A model generated the notes under the pieces. The model was given only the letters and a program-made list of their open reading frames with translations. It ran no database searches and was not told the DNA's origin. Shown here in pieces: positions 18,170 to 27,573 of a stretch of DNA of 53,917 nucleotides. The position numbers were made by a program, and so were the translations under genes. The number at the start of each line of letters is the position of its first letter. Position 1 is the stretch's first letter. This stretch comes from an uncultured Bacilli bacterium (GTDB taxonomy: Bacteria > Bacillota_I > Bacilli_A > RF39 > UBA660): assembly GCA_944332215.1 (NCBI GenBank), contig CALVJP010000068.1:1-53917 (forward strand). Direction: 5' to 3'.

Positions 18170-19414
18170 TTATATATTATCAGGGATCCCTGATAATATA
18201 TATGGATCATTACTTGTTCCAGATCCAGTCAAACTAAGGTCAGGCCTTAGATAAAGAGCCGGCCGAACACCATCAATAAAAGAAGCATTATAACCATATA
18301 TACATCCATCATAACCAATATTGAACACACCCTGAGAGGAACTATAAATATAGGATGATAGTGTCCATTGATTGCTTGAATTAAATAACCAATTTATATT
18401 TCGACACATTTCATAATTAGTATTATTTAATTCGTAATGGTTACATTGGGAATCATTTGTACTTGCTCTTAAATACTCACTCAAACTTATTAATCCAACC
18501 CATCCATAATATGTATCACTATTTTCATCATTTATGAGCTCAGCTAAATTAGTATGTTCAGAAACTGTACCTACATTCCAATCATGGCCTAAGACAAATT
18601 CTATATCTGTTAGACTATTATAATATTCCTCATTTAAATAGGTATTTAAACTAGCTGGCCTGGTCCAATTATTGATATTAGTACTGTCCCATACCATATC
18701 TCTAACATTTGTATTTTTGACAATTTTTATTGTTCCATCCGCCTGAACTGATAGTATTCGCCATACTTCATTATTGAAAGTTATATAATTATTGGGATTG
18801 GCGCCTTTATAAATATAACCATAATCGTCTTGATATAAGCCATCCCCGCTTGTTACGGTGGTAGCTATTAATTGTTCAGCGGCCGTTTGACTACTACTTC
18901 CACTCCCATCTGCTTGACTATAATCTAAAGTTACAGTTAATTCACCTACTTTATTTACAGGATCACTACTTACATTAATATCATAACTGACTTTAACATT
19001 TAAAGTCGTATTACTTCCCGCATTTAATATATCACCCTCAGTTAAACCTGATGTTTCAAACTTTATAGCTGGATTACTTGTATCACTTAAAGTTATCTTA
19101 TCTAACTTAGCATTTAATGTTCCCGCATTACTTACAGTTATCTCATAAGTAATACTATCTCCAGGACTTACTAAATTAGTATTAAATGTAGCTGTTAAAT
19201 TTTCCCAGCTTGGCTCTTCTTGATTACTGGCACTTCCAACAATATCTTTACTTGTTACATTAGTTATTTTAATATTCCAATTACTAGATATATTAGTTGT
19301 TCCTTGAATATTTAAAACACTACTAAAAGCTGCATAGCCAATGACCATTAATAAGACAATGGTACATAAGCCCCCTATTAACAAACTTTTTTGTTTTTTA
19401 CTCATCCTTTTCAC
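18170..19414 (-). CDS. Secreted or surface protein with an N-terminal anchor/signal, an Ig-like middle region and a C-terminal DUF6273-like domain
   Basis: The N-terminus is KKQKSLLIGGLCTIVLLMVIGYAAFSSVLNIQGT. The C-terminal part has the W-rich motifs EVWRILSV, WVGLISLSEY, NQWTLS and GVRPALYL. The start is GTG at 19414 (6 nt after AGGAGG) or ATG at 19405. Confidence 0.6.
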   Translation of the reverse strand: MKRMSKKQKSLLIGGLCTIVLLMVIGYAAFSSVLNIQGTTNISSNWNIKITNVTSKDIVGSASNQEEPSWENLTATFNTNLVSPGDSITYEITVSNAGTLNAKLDKITLSDTSNPAIKFETSGLTEGDILNAGSNTTLNVKVSYDINVSSDPVNKVGELTVTLDYSQADGSGSSSQTAAEQLIATTVTSGDGLYQDDYGYIYKGANPNNYITFNNEVWRILSVQADGTIKIVKNTNVRDMVWDSTNINNWTRPASLNTYLNEEYYNSLTDIEFVLGHDWNVGTVSEHTNLAELINDENSDTYYGWVGLISLSEYLRASTNDSQCNHYELNNTNYEMCRNINWLFNSSNQWTLSSYIYSSSQGVFNIGYDGCIYGYNASFIDGVRPALYLRPDLSLTGSGTSNDPYILSGIPDNI

Positions 19415-19439
19415 TTTACTCCTCCTATCCTACATTTAC

Positions 19440-19473
19440 ATTATAACCCAAAAAAAAAAAAAAACAAGGTAAT
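19440..19473 (-). promoter_or_regulatory. Putative sigma-A promoter with a T15 homopolymer in the spacer (A15 on the plus strand, 19450-19464)
   Basis: The minus strand reads ATTACCTTG-T15-GGGTTATAATG. That gives -35 TTGTTT (19462-19467), a 16-nt spacer and -10 TATAAT (19440-19445), about 20 nt upstream of the RBS of the surface-protein gene. Confidence 0.5.
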
Positions 19474-19912
19474 ATTTTAGATAAATCAAGCTTTATTTAT
19501 TAGACTAATTACTATTAATAGCCATTTGGAAATTATAAATATAGTAATTATAAGGTTTTGTTTAATTTTTAATGTAGTTTATATTTAGTAAAAAAATATT
19601 TACAACCATTTACAGCTAATTTTAAAAAAACAAGAAAAAAAGAGCGCGAATACCCGAATTTTACAGTTAGGATGTTGTTACACTAATACATGGCCTTTAA
19701 AAACTTATTGCACAGTCAGAATATATAGTGCCACAAGTAATACTGATATAAGACTGTTTTAATAATTCTTTTGTATTTATATATTCATTCAGCTACATTG
19801 GAAAATTAGGCTCTAAAATTTTAAAATATTCTTTAATTTTTTTACTTATATTATCATAATAATTACCCATTTATGTTTTAGTTTAATTATGGCAAAATTG
19901 CCATAATTAGAT

Positions 19913-20885
19913 CTATTCATTTAATTCAAAATTTTTCTTTTCTTCTTCAACAGCACTAATAAATTCTTGCTCTGTTGGCATATGCAATTTATATTCTGAA
20001 GAAAATATTGTTTTGTTATCTTTTGGAAGAGTATATTTTACAACTGTTTCATTTTTATTTGTTGATAATAATATTCCTACTGTTGGATTTTCCTCTTCTT
20101 GTTTAATATCTCTATCATAGTAATTTACATACATTTGCATTTGACCAATATCTTGATGATTTATTTTTCCTATTTTTAAATCAATGATGACAAAGCATTT
20201 TAAAAGTCTGTTATAGAAAACTAGGTTAAAAATGATCTTCTTCTAGTGTTAATCTAACTTGATTGCCTACATAACTAAAACCTTGTCCAAATTCTAGTAA
20301 AAACTCTTTTAAATGTTCTATGATATTTTTTTCTAAATCACTTTCTAAATAATTGGTATTTTTTTATATCTAAAAACTCCAATACAAATGGATCTTTTAC
20401 TAAATCTTTACTTGTCCTTAAAATTTGTCCTTTTTCCGATAATTCTAATATTTTGTCTTTATCAGCAGATAAAGTTAATATGCCTTTGAAGTTCTCTAAC
20501 ACTCCATTTAGAGTTAATAGTTTCTTTAATATAAACTTCCTCTATTTTTAATATTTCTAAATAATGCGACCAACTTAATTGCAACGACACTGTTGTCGCA
20601 ATTGGAAAATAGATATAAAACTTTCTCATTCTCTCTAAATTTCTTTTAGAAAAGCCTTTCCCAAATTCATTAGTTAATTTTTGCGATAATTTTTCTTAAA
20701 CGGCATCGCCATAACTTGCTCTTTCATCACCTTGTTGTATTTCCATAATTGCTTTTCCTATATTCCAATATAAATTCAGTATTTACAGCACTATATACTT
20801 TATTTTTGCTACTAATTATTAGTTCTTTAATATTATCAAATATATTATTGATTCATTATCATTTTTTAATTAATTCATTGTCCAT
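19913..20885 (-). pseudogene. Frameshifted PDDEXK nuclease of the DUF1016/YhcG family
   Basis: Hand translation finds family-typical blocks in three frames, broken by stops. The blocks are ...GKGFSKRNLERMRKFY..., LSWSHYLEIL, WSVRELQRHI, GQGFSYVGNQVRLTLEEDHF, then after a frameshift LVFYNRLLKCFVIIDLKIGKINHQDIGQMQMYVNYYDRD...PTVGILL. A GGAGG RBS lies upstream of the ATG at 20885. Confidence 0.75.
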
Positions 20886-21044
20886 TTATTGCCTCCACTC
20901 TTTAATTTAATCATAGAATTTCTTATGTCTAAATTATACTATAAAGCCTTAAAAAATGATATACTACCATTGTAAAGTTTTTTTGATTTTTAATACACTT
21001 TCATTATATACAAAAAAATGCCAGTAAAATACTGACACTTAAAA

Positions 21045-21410
21045 TTAATTCTTCTGTTTTATAAGTTTATGTGAAACATAGAAAATAGAAATTCCAAGAA
21101 CACATAAAATGCAAGACATTATATCAAATTTATCTTGTGTAATTTGCGTCGAAATCAATGAAAATAACCCATATGCAGCAAAGATAACCCCAAATACTCT
21201 AGCTGCTTTTGGGGCAGCAAAACAAGTAATTCCTGCAATTAAGGCTATAATAGCTAAAACAAAGGCCGCTATTGCAAGAACATATCCAGCAGCTTCATAA
21301 CTTTCAAGAAGTTCATTGGCAGCTCCAACCAAAACTAGGGCTCCAGCTCCAGCGAACAATAAAGCTATAAGTATCATAATTACACCAAAAAATTTTAAAA
21401 CTCCTGACAT
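21045..21410 (-). CDS. Small polytopic membrane protein, hypothetical
   Basis: The start is taken at MSGVLKFFGVIMIL, after GGAGGAGG. There are 4 predicted TM segments. Confidence 0.5.
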   Translation of the reverse strand: MSGVLKFFGVIMILIALLFAGAGALVLVGAANELLESYEAAGYVLAIAAFVLAIIALIAGITCFAAPKAARVFGVIFAAYGLFSLISTQITQDKFDIMSCILCVLGISIFYVSHKLIKQKN

Positions 21411-21680
21411 AAAATATACCTCCTCCAGTTTCATTTTGCCACATAAAAACTTTTCTGTCAAGTTTTGTATAGCCTATTGATAGCGTTTCCAAAGTTGGGA
21501 AATTTATAAAAACAATCATTATCACCAAAGAAAAATGGTTACTACTCACAGCCATTTACAGTTAATATAAATAAAACTACGAAAAAATAGCGAATACTAT
21601 TTATTTTTCGCTTATCAGTTCATTAACAGGTATCACTTTGTTTAATGAGATTTTACTTGTTGGCAATCCACCAAGATATT

Positions 21681-22352
21681 TTATAAAACTTTGCCAATTA
21701 AAACAAGTCTTGAAGTATCATATACATCAGCACAAGTACATAAAGTAATAAGTTTATCTTCAGATTCTATATTTACTTTACTATCTAAAATATTATTTTT
21801 CATAACTTTTTTCAAATACTTTTCTCGCTCATTATCTTCAAAATTAATTGGTAAACTTTCTTTAGAGGCATCAGCTATATAAATCGCAACTATCTCAACT
21901 TCTAATTTATCACTTTCTGTATATATTGTATATTTTTTATGATTTTCATAGTAATCATTTTGCTTATAATTTTCAAGTTCACTAAACATTGTTCCATCAT
22001 TCATATTATGACCATAAATAACTGTATTATCATCATTAAAACCATTATTGCGATAATCTAAATAAATAGAACCCATTTTATTTTTTTCATCATTTGGTAA
22101 ATGACTTAAATAATAATCATTATCCTCACCTTGAACAATTGGATAATTTATATTTGTATCATCAATTTTTATATAACCTTGAATATTTTGATATTTTTCC
22201 ATCATTTCTTCTATATTTACCTCGTTATGCGAAGGAAGAGTACTGTTATAAAAACTAGTACCCTCTTTTTTATTTACGTAATTTATAATTATTTGACGAA
22301 TACATAATAAACAAATAATTAGGCAAATAATCATTGCAATTTTACGCTTCAT
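21681..22352 (-). CDS. Sortase, class-B-like
   Basis: There is an N-terminal TM segment. GYIKIDDTNINYPIVQGEDNDYYL, the His motif IYGHNM and the Cys motif LITLCTC are present. The start (MKRKIAM) overlaps the adhesin stop by 11 nt. Confidence 0.78.
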   Translation of the reverse strand: MKRKIAMIICLIICLLCIRQIIINYVNKKEGTSFYNSTLPSHNEVNIEEMMEKYQNIQGYIKIDDTNINYPIVQGEDNDYYLSHLPNDEKNKMGSIYLDYRNNGFNDDNTVIYGHNMNDGTMFSELENYKQNDYYENHKKYTIYTESDKLEVEIVAIYIADASKESLPINFEDNEREKYLKKVMKNNILDSKVNIESEDKLITLCTCADVYDTSRLVLIGKVL

Positions 22353-25300
22353 TATTTTTCCTTCTATATAAAATGGTAAATATAGTAGCTGATAAAGTTG
22401 CACCTAAACCATAGAAAATTGTATAATCATTTCCTCCAGTTTTTGGAATATAAAGTGTTTTATTTTCTTTTTCTGCTTCTTCTTTATGATTTATGAAAGA
22501 AGCGACCGCACCATTTACATCAATCACACCTTCAGCATTTTCACTAGTAGTAATATAACCATTAGTGTTTGCCTCATTTTCTGTTACTTTATATTTAGTG
22601 CCTTTTGGAAGATTAATAATTGTAATACTATCACCATGTTTTAAAGTAATAATTTCTCCTGATTTTATATTACCAACCCTACTTCCAGCATAATTAAATA
22701 TATCAGTTAAAACATTACCATTTTCATCAGTAAACTCTACTTTAAAATTAAAGTATTGATTTTTATCTCCAGCTCCAGTAACTGTTTTATTAATTGTTAA
22801 AAAGCCTTTTAATACTGGAATTTCAGTTTTATTATTCTCAAAATGTACTGCAGTATTTCCTTTAATAATTGTTCCAGTATTATTTTCACTAGTTGTAATA
22901 TAACCATCGGTATTGGCTTCATTTTCTGTTACTTTATATTTTGTTCCTACTGGTAAATCTTTAATGGTAATACTTTCGCCATGTTTTAAAGTTACCACGC
23001 TTCCTGAGGTAATACTTCCGGTTTTACTTCCCGTATAATTAAAGGTTTCCGTAAGCACATTATCCTCATCATCAAATAATTCTATTTTAAAGGTAAAATC
23101 TCTTGTAAGTTCTCCAGCATTACCACTAACTACTTTATCGATAGTAAGACTTCCCTTAGGAATTTCATTTTTTGTGTTGACAAAACTTACAATTATTCCT
23201 TTATCAGTAACTGTTCCACTAGCGTTAGTAGATGTAGTTGTATAACCACCAGTATTAGCTTCATTTTCTGTTACTTTATATTTTGTTCCTACTGGTAAAT
23301 CTTTAATAGTAATACTTTCTCCATGTTTTAAAGTTACTGTGCTTCCTGAAGTAATACTTCCAGTTTTACTACCAGTATAATTAAAAGTTTCTGTAAGAGC
23401 ATTATCCTCTTCATCAAATAATTCTATTTTAAAGGTAAAATCTCTTGTAAGTTCTCCAGCTGTTCCTAAAACACTTTTACTTAATGTTAAACTACTTTTT
23501 GGTATTTCATTTTTAGTATTTACAAAGTTTACTATTTGCGTATCTTTAGTAATCGTTCCATTATCGTTAGTAGAAGTAGTTGTGTAACCATCAGTATTGG
23601 CTTCATTTTCTGTTACTTTATATTTTGTTCCTACTGGTAAATCTTTAATAGTAATACTTTCTCCATGTTTTAAAGTTACTGTGCTTCCTGAAGTAATGCT
23701 TCCAGTTTTACTACCAGTATAATTAAAAGTTTCTGTAAGAGCATTGTTCTCTTCATCAAATAGCTCTATTTTAAAGGTAAAATCTCTTGTAAGTTCTCCT
23801 GCTGTTCCTAAAACAGTTTTACTTAATGTTAAATCACTAAGCTCTTTATTTTTTGTATTAGTAAATTTAGTACTTTGACTACCAAAATCAATAGTTCCAC
23901 TGTCATTAGTAGAAGTAGTTGTATAACCATCAGTATTGGCTTCATTCTCAGTAACCTTATATTTAGTTCCCAGTGGAAGACCATTAATTGTAATGCTTTC
24001 GCCATGTTTTAAAGTTACCACGTTTCCTGAAGTAATGCTTCCAGTTTTACTTCCCGTATAATTAAAGGTATCCGTAAGAACATTATTCTCATCATCAAAT
24101 AATTCTATTTTAAAGGTAAAATCTCTTGTAAGTTCTCCAGCTGTTCCTGTTACTGTCTTACTTAATGTTAAATTACCTTTAGTTAAAGTATTAGTAATTA
24201 AAACCTTTTTCTGGTTAACACCATCAGTATAATTATAACTAACGCCATAATTTACAGGGACTTCTTCCTCTACTGTATAATTATATAAATTTCCATTATT
24301 ATCATATTTTTCAAGATTCTCAAAACTAGCTTTCCAGTTATTATTTGCATTTAAAACTTTAAATACTTTATTACCACCGTCTAAAACATATTCATTATTT
24401 TGTTTTAAATAAACATTCACATAACTAGGACGGTCTTTATAATTATTATCATCCCAAGTTTTTTGAACATTTATATTTGTTTTAGAATAATTATTATTGA
24501 TATAGAAAGTCCAAGTATCTCTTTTTTGACTAATATAATCAGGATACTCAGTACCATCAGTACCTGGATAAACAAAATATCTCTCTTCATCATCTAGAAT
24601 ATAACCATCATTAGTTTTAGTTTCAACTAATTTATATACGTGGTCATAAGCAATACCACTGTAACTAGCATAACCCGTACTATCAGTAACTAATGTATCT
24701 ACAACTTTTTCTTCGCCAGTTAATCTAAAACTATCGCCTGAGCCTTCATGTTCGCACTCAATTAATTCAAATTCAGCATCTTTCATTGGCATATTCATAA
24801 CACCATCTTTATATTTATAAACATAAATTATTTTACTATCTCCAGTTGAAGTAGCAGAACTTTCTAAAACACCGCCAATAAGTTCATAACCACCTTCAGC
24901 CCACTCATCATCATAGCCATAAATCTTAACATTGTTATAAGCATTTTCACTGGTTAAATCTTCACCTACTGAAAGATTTACTCTTGCTTTATAAGTAATT
25001 GTTAAAGCTTTACTATCAGGAACTGTAATCGTTAAAACTCTTGTATCAGGATCCCAAGTATAATCATTCCATACCTTTCCATTAACTTCCAAAGTTCCCA
25101 TGATGAATGCTAATGCTTTACCCATATGGTCATCTAAAGTAATTGTTTCTGAATCTTTATCTAAATCTAAAGCTCCTTTATTAACTTCAATAGTATAATG
25201 TACATCTGGAGCGGTTAAAGCATTATAAACAGCACTTTTATCAACTAATTTTGTAACCTTACCACTAATAGAGGCACTTACTTCAGGATATTTTTTATCA

Positions 25301-27456
25301 TCAATTGTAATATAAGCTTTATTTACATAAGTTTTTTCACTAAATGCATCAAGTGCTCTACTTTGATAGAAAATTGATACTCCATTATCACCTTGAATTT
25401 GATCCATATAATCAGTAATATCAAATGTTAAAACATTTTCATTTATTGTTGGTTTTAGACTATATGTTGTATAAGGATTTTTATTTAAAACTAATTTAGC
25501 TGAGCCTTCTATATATTCCATACCATCAGGAATAATATCATCAATATAAGCTTTTTCTGTTCCCTCTGGCATTTGATCAATATCAATTTGCCATGATACT
25601 ATGCCAGTTTCATGAGAATTTTCACTTCCCTTATTATCAACATATTTAGTAATGTAATTGCTTTTCTTATTGTATTCATAATAAGCATCATCACTAACAT
25701 TAATACCACCAGTAGCCGTTACAACAGCTTCATTAACAAAAACACTAGAAGAACTATTATCAAAGTTTGTATCATATGAAATATCAAAAACATCGCCTAA
25801 GTTAATATCTCCAAAATCTATTTCAAAACCATATTCAGTTTTAGTAAAGACATAGTTTGTATCGCCAATAAAAACTCCATTAACTTTTACAGATTCTTCA
25901 ATTAATGTTAAACCAGTTCCTAAAATATCTTTAAAAATAACATTTTTAAGACCATTTTCTGGTGCTTTTAAAACACTGTTCCAAGTTAAAATTGCCTCTT
26001 TTTCATTAGCACTACTTAACTCTTTGTTAATAACTGGTGGCCCAATTTGAACTATGGCCTCCTCTTTATAAAATGTATTTCCTAAATTAATAATAGCTGT
26101 ATTTTTTACTTCACCTTCATATTTTCCATTATCAGTAACAATTGTCTGTGTCGCAATAATATAAACTTTTTCCCCAGTTGGATCTGGAGCAAAGGTATAA
26201 CCGTTTGCTAAATCTTCAGGTGTTATTCTCAAAGTTGATAAAACTGGATCACTATCATTTATATCAGTTTCATAAACATATAAATATTTACCAGCAATTA
26301 AAGATGATACATTTATATATTGATTATCCCCTAAAACATCAGTTAAAGTTACACCTTTTTCTCCCGGCATAACATAAATAGTCCAGTTAACAGCACCATT
26401 ATTATAATTCCCATATTTTAGTACTGCTCCTTTACCAGTTTCTACTGTAGTACTATCGTAAAGCCAAGTCGGATTTTCTTTACTCACAACGCCGGCAATA
26501 TTAGTTAAATTCATTAAAGTTTGATATTGATTATTACTATCATTATAATCCCAAATAAAACCTTTTTCATCAACATCAGCTCTATATGTTACGGTAATTA
26601 TATCATCGTTAGCCATTTTATCTATCATAAATATAAATTCAATTGTGTTACTGCCATAAAACTGATCATAATAAATATTAACACTATCAGTAATATCAGT
26701 TCCATTTTTTTCAATTTTAATTGAATTTTTATCTAGGTGCAAATAATCACCTAAATTATCACCAATTATAACCTCAGTATTTTCTTCTACTGATTTAACT
26801 TCTAGTTTGTACTCGTAAGTGTCAGTATCAATTTTTTTATTAATAGTTTTATTTAATGATAAAGAACCTTCTGGCTGCACATATACTGGAAAAGTACCTA
26901 CTCCAGGTATTTCTAAATCAACGCGGCCACCATTTTCACCAGGCGTTGTATCACTAGTAACTTCACCAGAAACATTTAAAGTTCCAATAATATTACTTTG
27001 TTTTACAAAGTCTTCATCAGTATATTTTATTGTAACTTTATTATTATTAATACTATAATATCCAATAATTTCACTACCATCTCTAACTGGTCCATTTTCA
27101 ATATTAGAAAATTTTAAATTAGATGGAAGCTCGTAAATAAATGTATCATTTGTCGTTAGAATAAGTCCAGAATTAGGTAAATTCCAAGCCAAATGAATAT
27201 CAATTAAATCACCATATTCCACTGGAAAAACAGTAGAAGAATTAATTTTTTCACCATTAATCATAACGTAACAATCAGAAATTGTTAAATAGTTTTCCAA
27301 ATTATATTCTCTACCTTCAGTAATTTCACTTCCTACACTAAGTGGAGAAATTGCCATTTCCTTTTTACTACTTTTATTTTGACTACCACCAGTAAAAATA
27401 GCCAGTACCCCTATAGTTACTACTAGTAAAATAAGTAATATTTTCTTCTTATCCAT
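22342..27456 (-). CDS. 1704-aa cell-wall-anchored adhesin with Cna-like collagen-binding, Cna-B and isopeptide (FctA-like) domains and an IPKTG sorting signal
   Basis: It has a signal peptide and N-terminal Cna-A-like modules. A SpaA/Cna-B module reads DAEFELIE...YKLVETKTNDGY, and a Cna-B module reads NINVQKTWDDNNYKDRP...YTVEEE. Five modules of 113-115 aa follow (LTLSKTV.GTAGELTRDFTFKIELFD...GTKYKVTENEANT.GY...F.NTKN). The C-terminus is IPKTG (22435-22449) plus a TM segment plus RRKNNEA. Confidence 0.85.
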   Translation of the reverse strand: MDKKKILLILLVVTIGVLAIFTGGSQNKSSKKEMAISPLSVGSEITEGREYNLENYLTISDCYVMINGEKINSSTVFPVEYGDLIDIHLAWNLPNSGLILTTNDTFIYELPSNLKFSNIENGPVRDGSEIIGYYSINNNKVTIKYTDEDFVKQSNIIGTLNVSGEVTSDTTPGENGGRVDLEIPGVGTFPVYVQPEGSLSLNKTINKKIDTDTYEYKLEVKSVEENTEVIIGDNLGDYLHLDKNSIKIEKNGTDITDSVNIYYDQFYGSNTIEFIFMIDKMANDDIITVTYRADVDEKGFIWDYNDSNNQYQTLMNLTNIAGVVSKENPTWLYDSTTVETGKGAVLKYGNYNNGAVNWTIYVMPGEKGVTLTDVLGDNQYINVSSLIAGKYLYVYETDINDSDPVLSTLRITPEDLANGYTFAPDPTGEKVYIIATQTIVTDNGKYEGEVKNTAIINLGNTFYKEEAIVQIGPPVINKELSSANEKEAILTWNSVLKAPENGLKNVIFKDILGTGLTLIEESVKVNGVFIGDTNYVFTKTEYGFEIDFGDINLGDVFDISYDTNFDNSSSSVFVNEAVVTATGGINVSDDAYYEYNKKSNYITKYVDNKGSENSHETGIVSWQIDIDQMPEGTEKAYIDDIIPDGMEYIEGSAKLVLNKNPYTTYSLKPTINENVLTFDITDYMDQIQGDNGVSIFYQSRALDAFSEKTYVNKAYITIDDKKYPEVSASISGKVTKLVDKSAVYNALTAPDVHYTIEVNKGALDLDKDSETITLDDHMGKALAFIMGTLEVNGKVWNDYTWDPDTRVLTITVPDSKALTITYKARVNLSVGEDLTSENAYNNVKIYGYDDEWAEGGYELIGGVLESSATSTGDSKIIYVYKYKDGVMNMPMKDAEFELIECEHEGSGDSFRLTGEEKVVDTLVTDSTGYASYSGIAYDHVYKLVETKTNDGYILDDEERYFVYPGTDGTEYPDYISQKRDTWTFYINNNYSKTNINVQKTWDDNNYKDRPSYVNVYLKQNNEYVLDGGNKVFKVLNANNNWKASFENLEKYDNNGNLYNYTVEEEVPVNYGVSYNYTDGVNQKKVLITNTLTKGNLTLSKTVTGTAGELTRDFTFKIELFDDENNVLTDTFNYTGSKTGSITSGNVVTLKHGESITINGLPLGTKYKVTENEANTDGYTTTSTNDSGTIDFGSQSTKFTNTKNKELSDLTLSKTVLGTAGELTRDFTFKIELFDEENNALTETFNYTGSKTGSITSGSTVTLKHGESITIKDLPVGTKYKVTENEANTDGYTTTSTNDNGTITKDTQIVNFVNTKNEIPKSSLTLSKSVLGTAGELTRDFTFKIELFDEEDNALTETFNYTGSKTGSITSGSTVTLKHGESITIKDLPVGTKYKVTENEANTGGYTTTSTNASGTVTDKGIIVSFVNTKNEIPKGSLTIDKVVSGNAGELTRDFTFKIELFDDEDNVLTETFNYTGSKTGSITSGSVVTLKHGESITIKDLPVGTKYKVTENEANTDGYITTSENNTGTIIKGNTAVHFENNKTEIPVLKGFLTINKTVTGAGDKNQYFNFKVEFTDENGNVLTDIFNYAGSRVGNIKSGEIITLKHGDSITIINLPKGTKYKVTENEANTNGYITTSENAEGVIDVNGAVASFINHKEEAEKENKTLYIPKTGGNDYTIFYGLGATLSATIFTILYRRKNNEA
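22490..24185 (-). repeat. Five tandem 339-345-bp coding repeats inside the adhesin gene (four near-identical, one diverged)
   Basis: The landmark GCTTCATTTTCTG recurs at 22916, 23258 and 23600, a 342-bp period. Close variants occur at 23939 (GCTTCATTCTCAG) and 22571 (GCCTCATTTTCTG). Confidence 0.9.
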
Positions 27457-27498
27457 AATAAAACCCTCACTCTCTTATAACTCTTATAAAATGCCTCT

Positions 27499-27527
27499 AT
27501 TCTATCATAAAAATATGAGAGAGGCAA
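27499..27527 (-). promoter_or_regulatory. Putative sigma-A promoter of the adhesin-sortase operon
   Basis: The minus strand reads TTGCCT - 17 nt - TAGAAT, with a TG at the extended -10 position. Confidence 0.5.
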
Positions 27528-27573
27528 TAAAAATTTACAAAAAAAATTGTGAAAAAAAGAAAAAGCAAAAATT

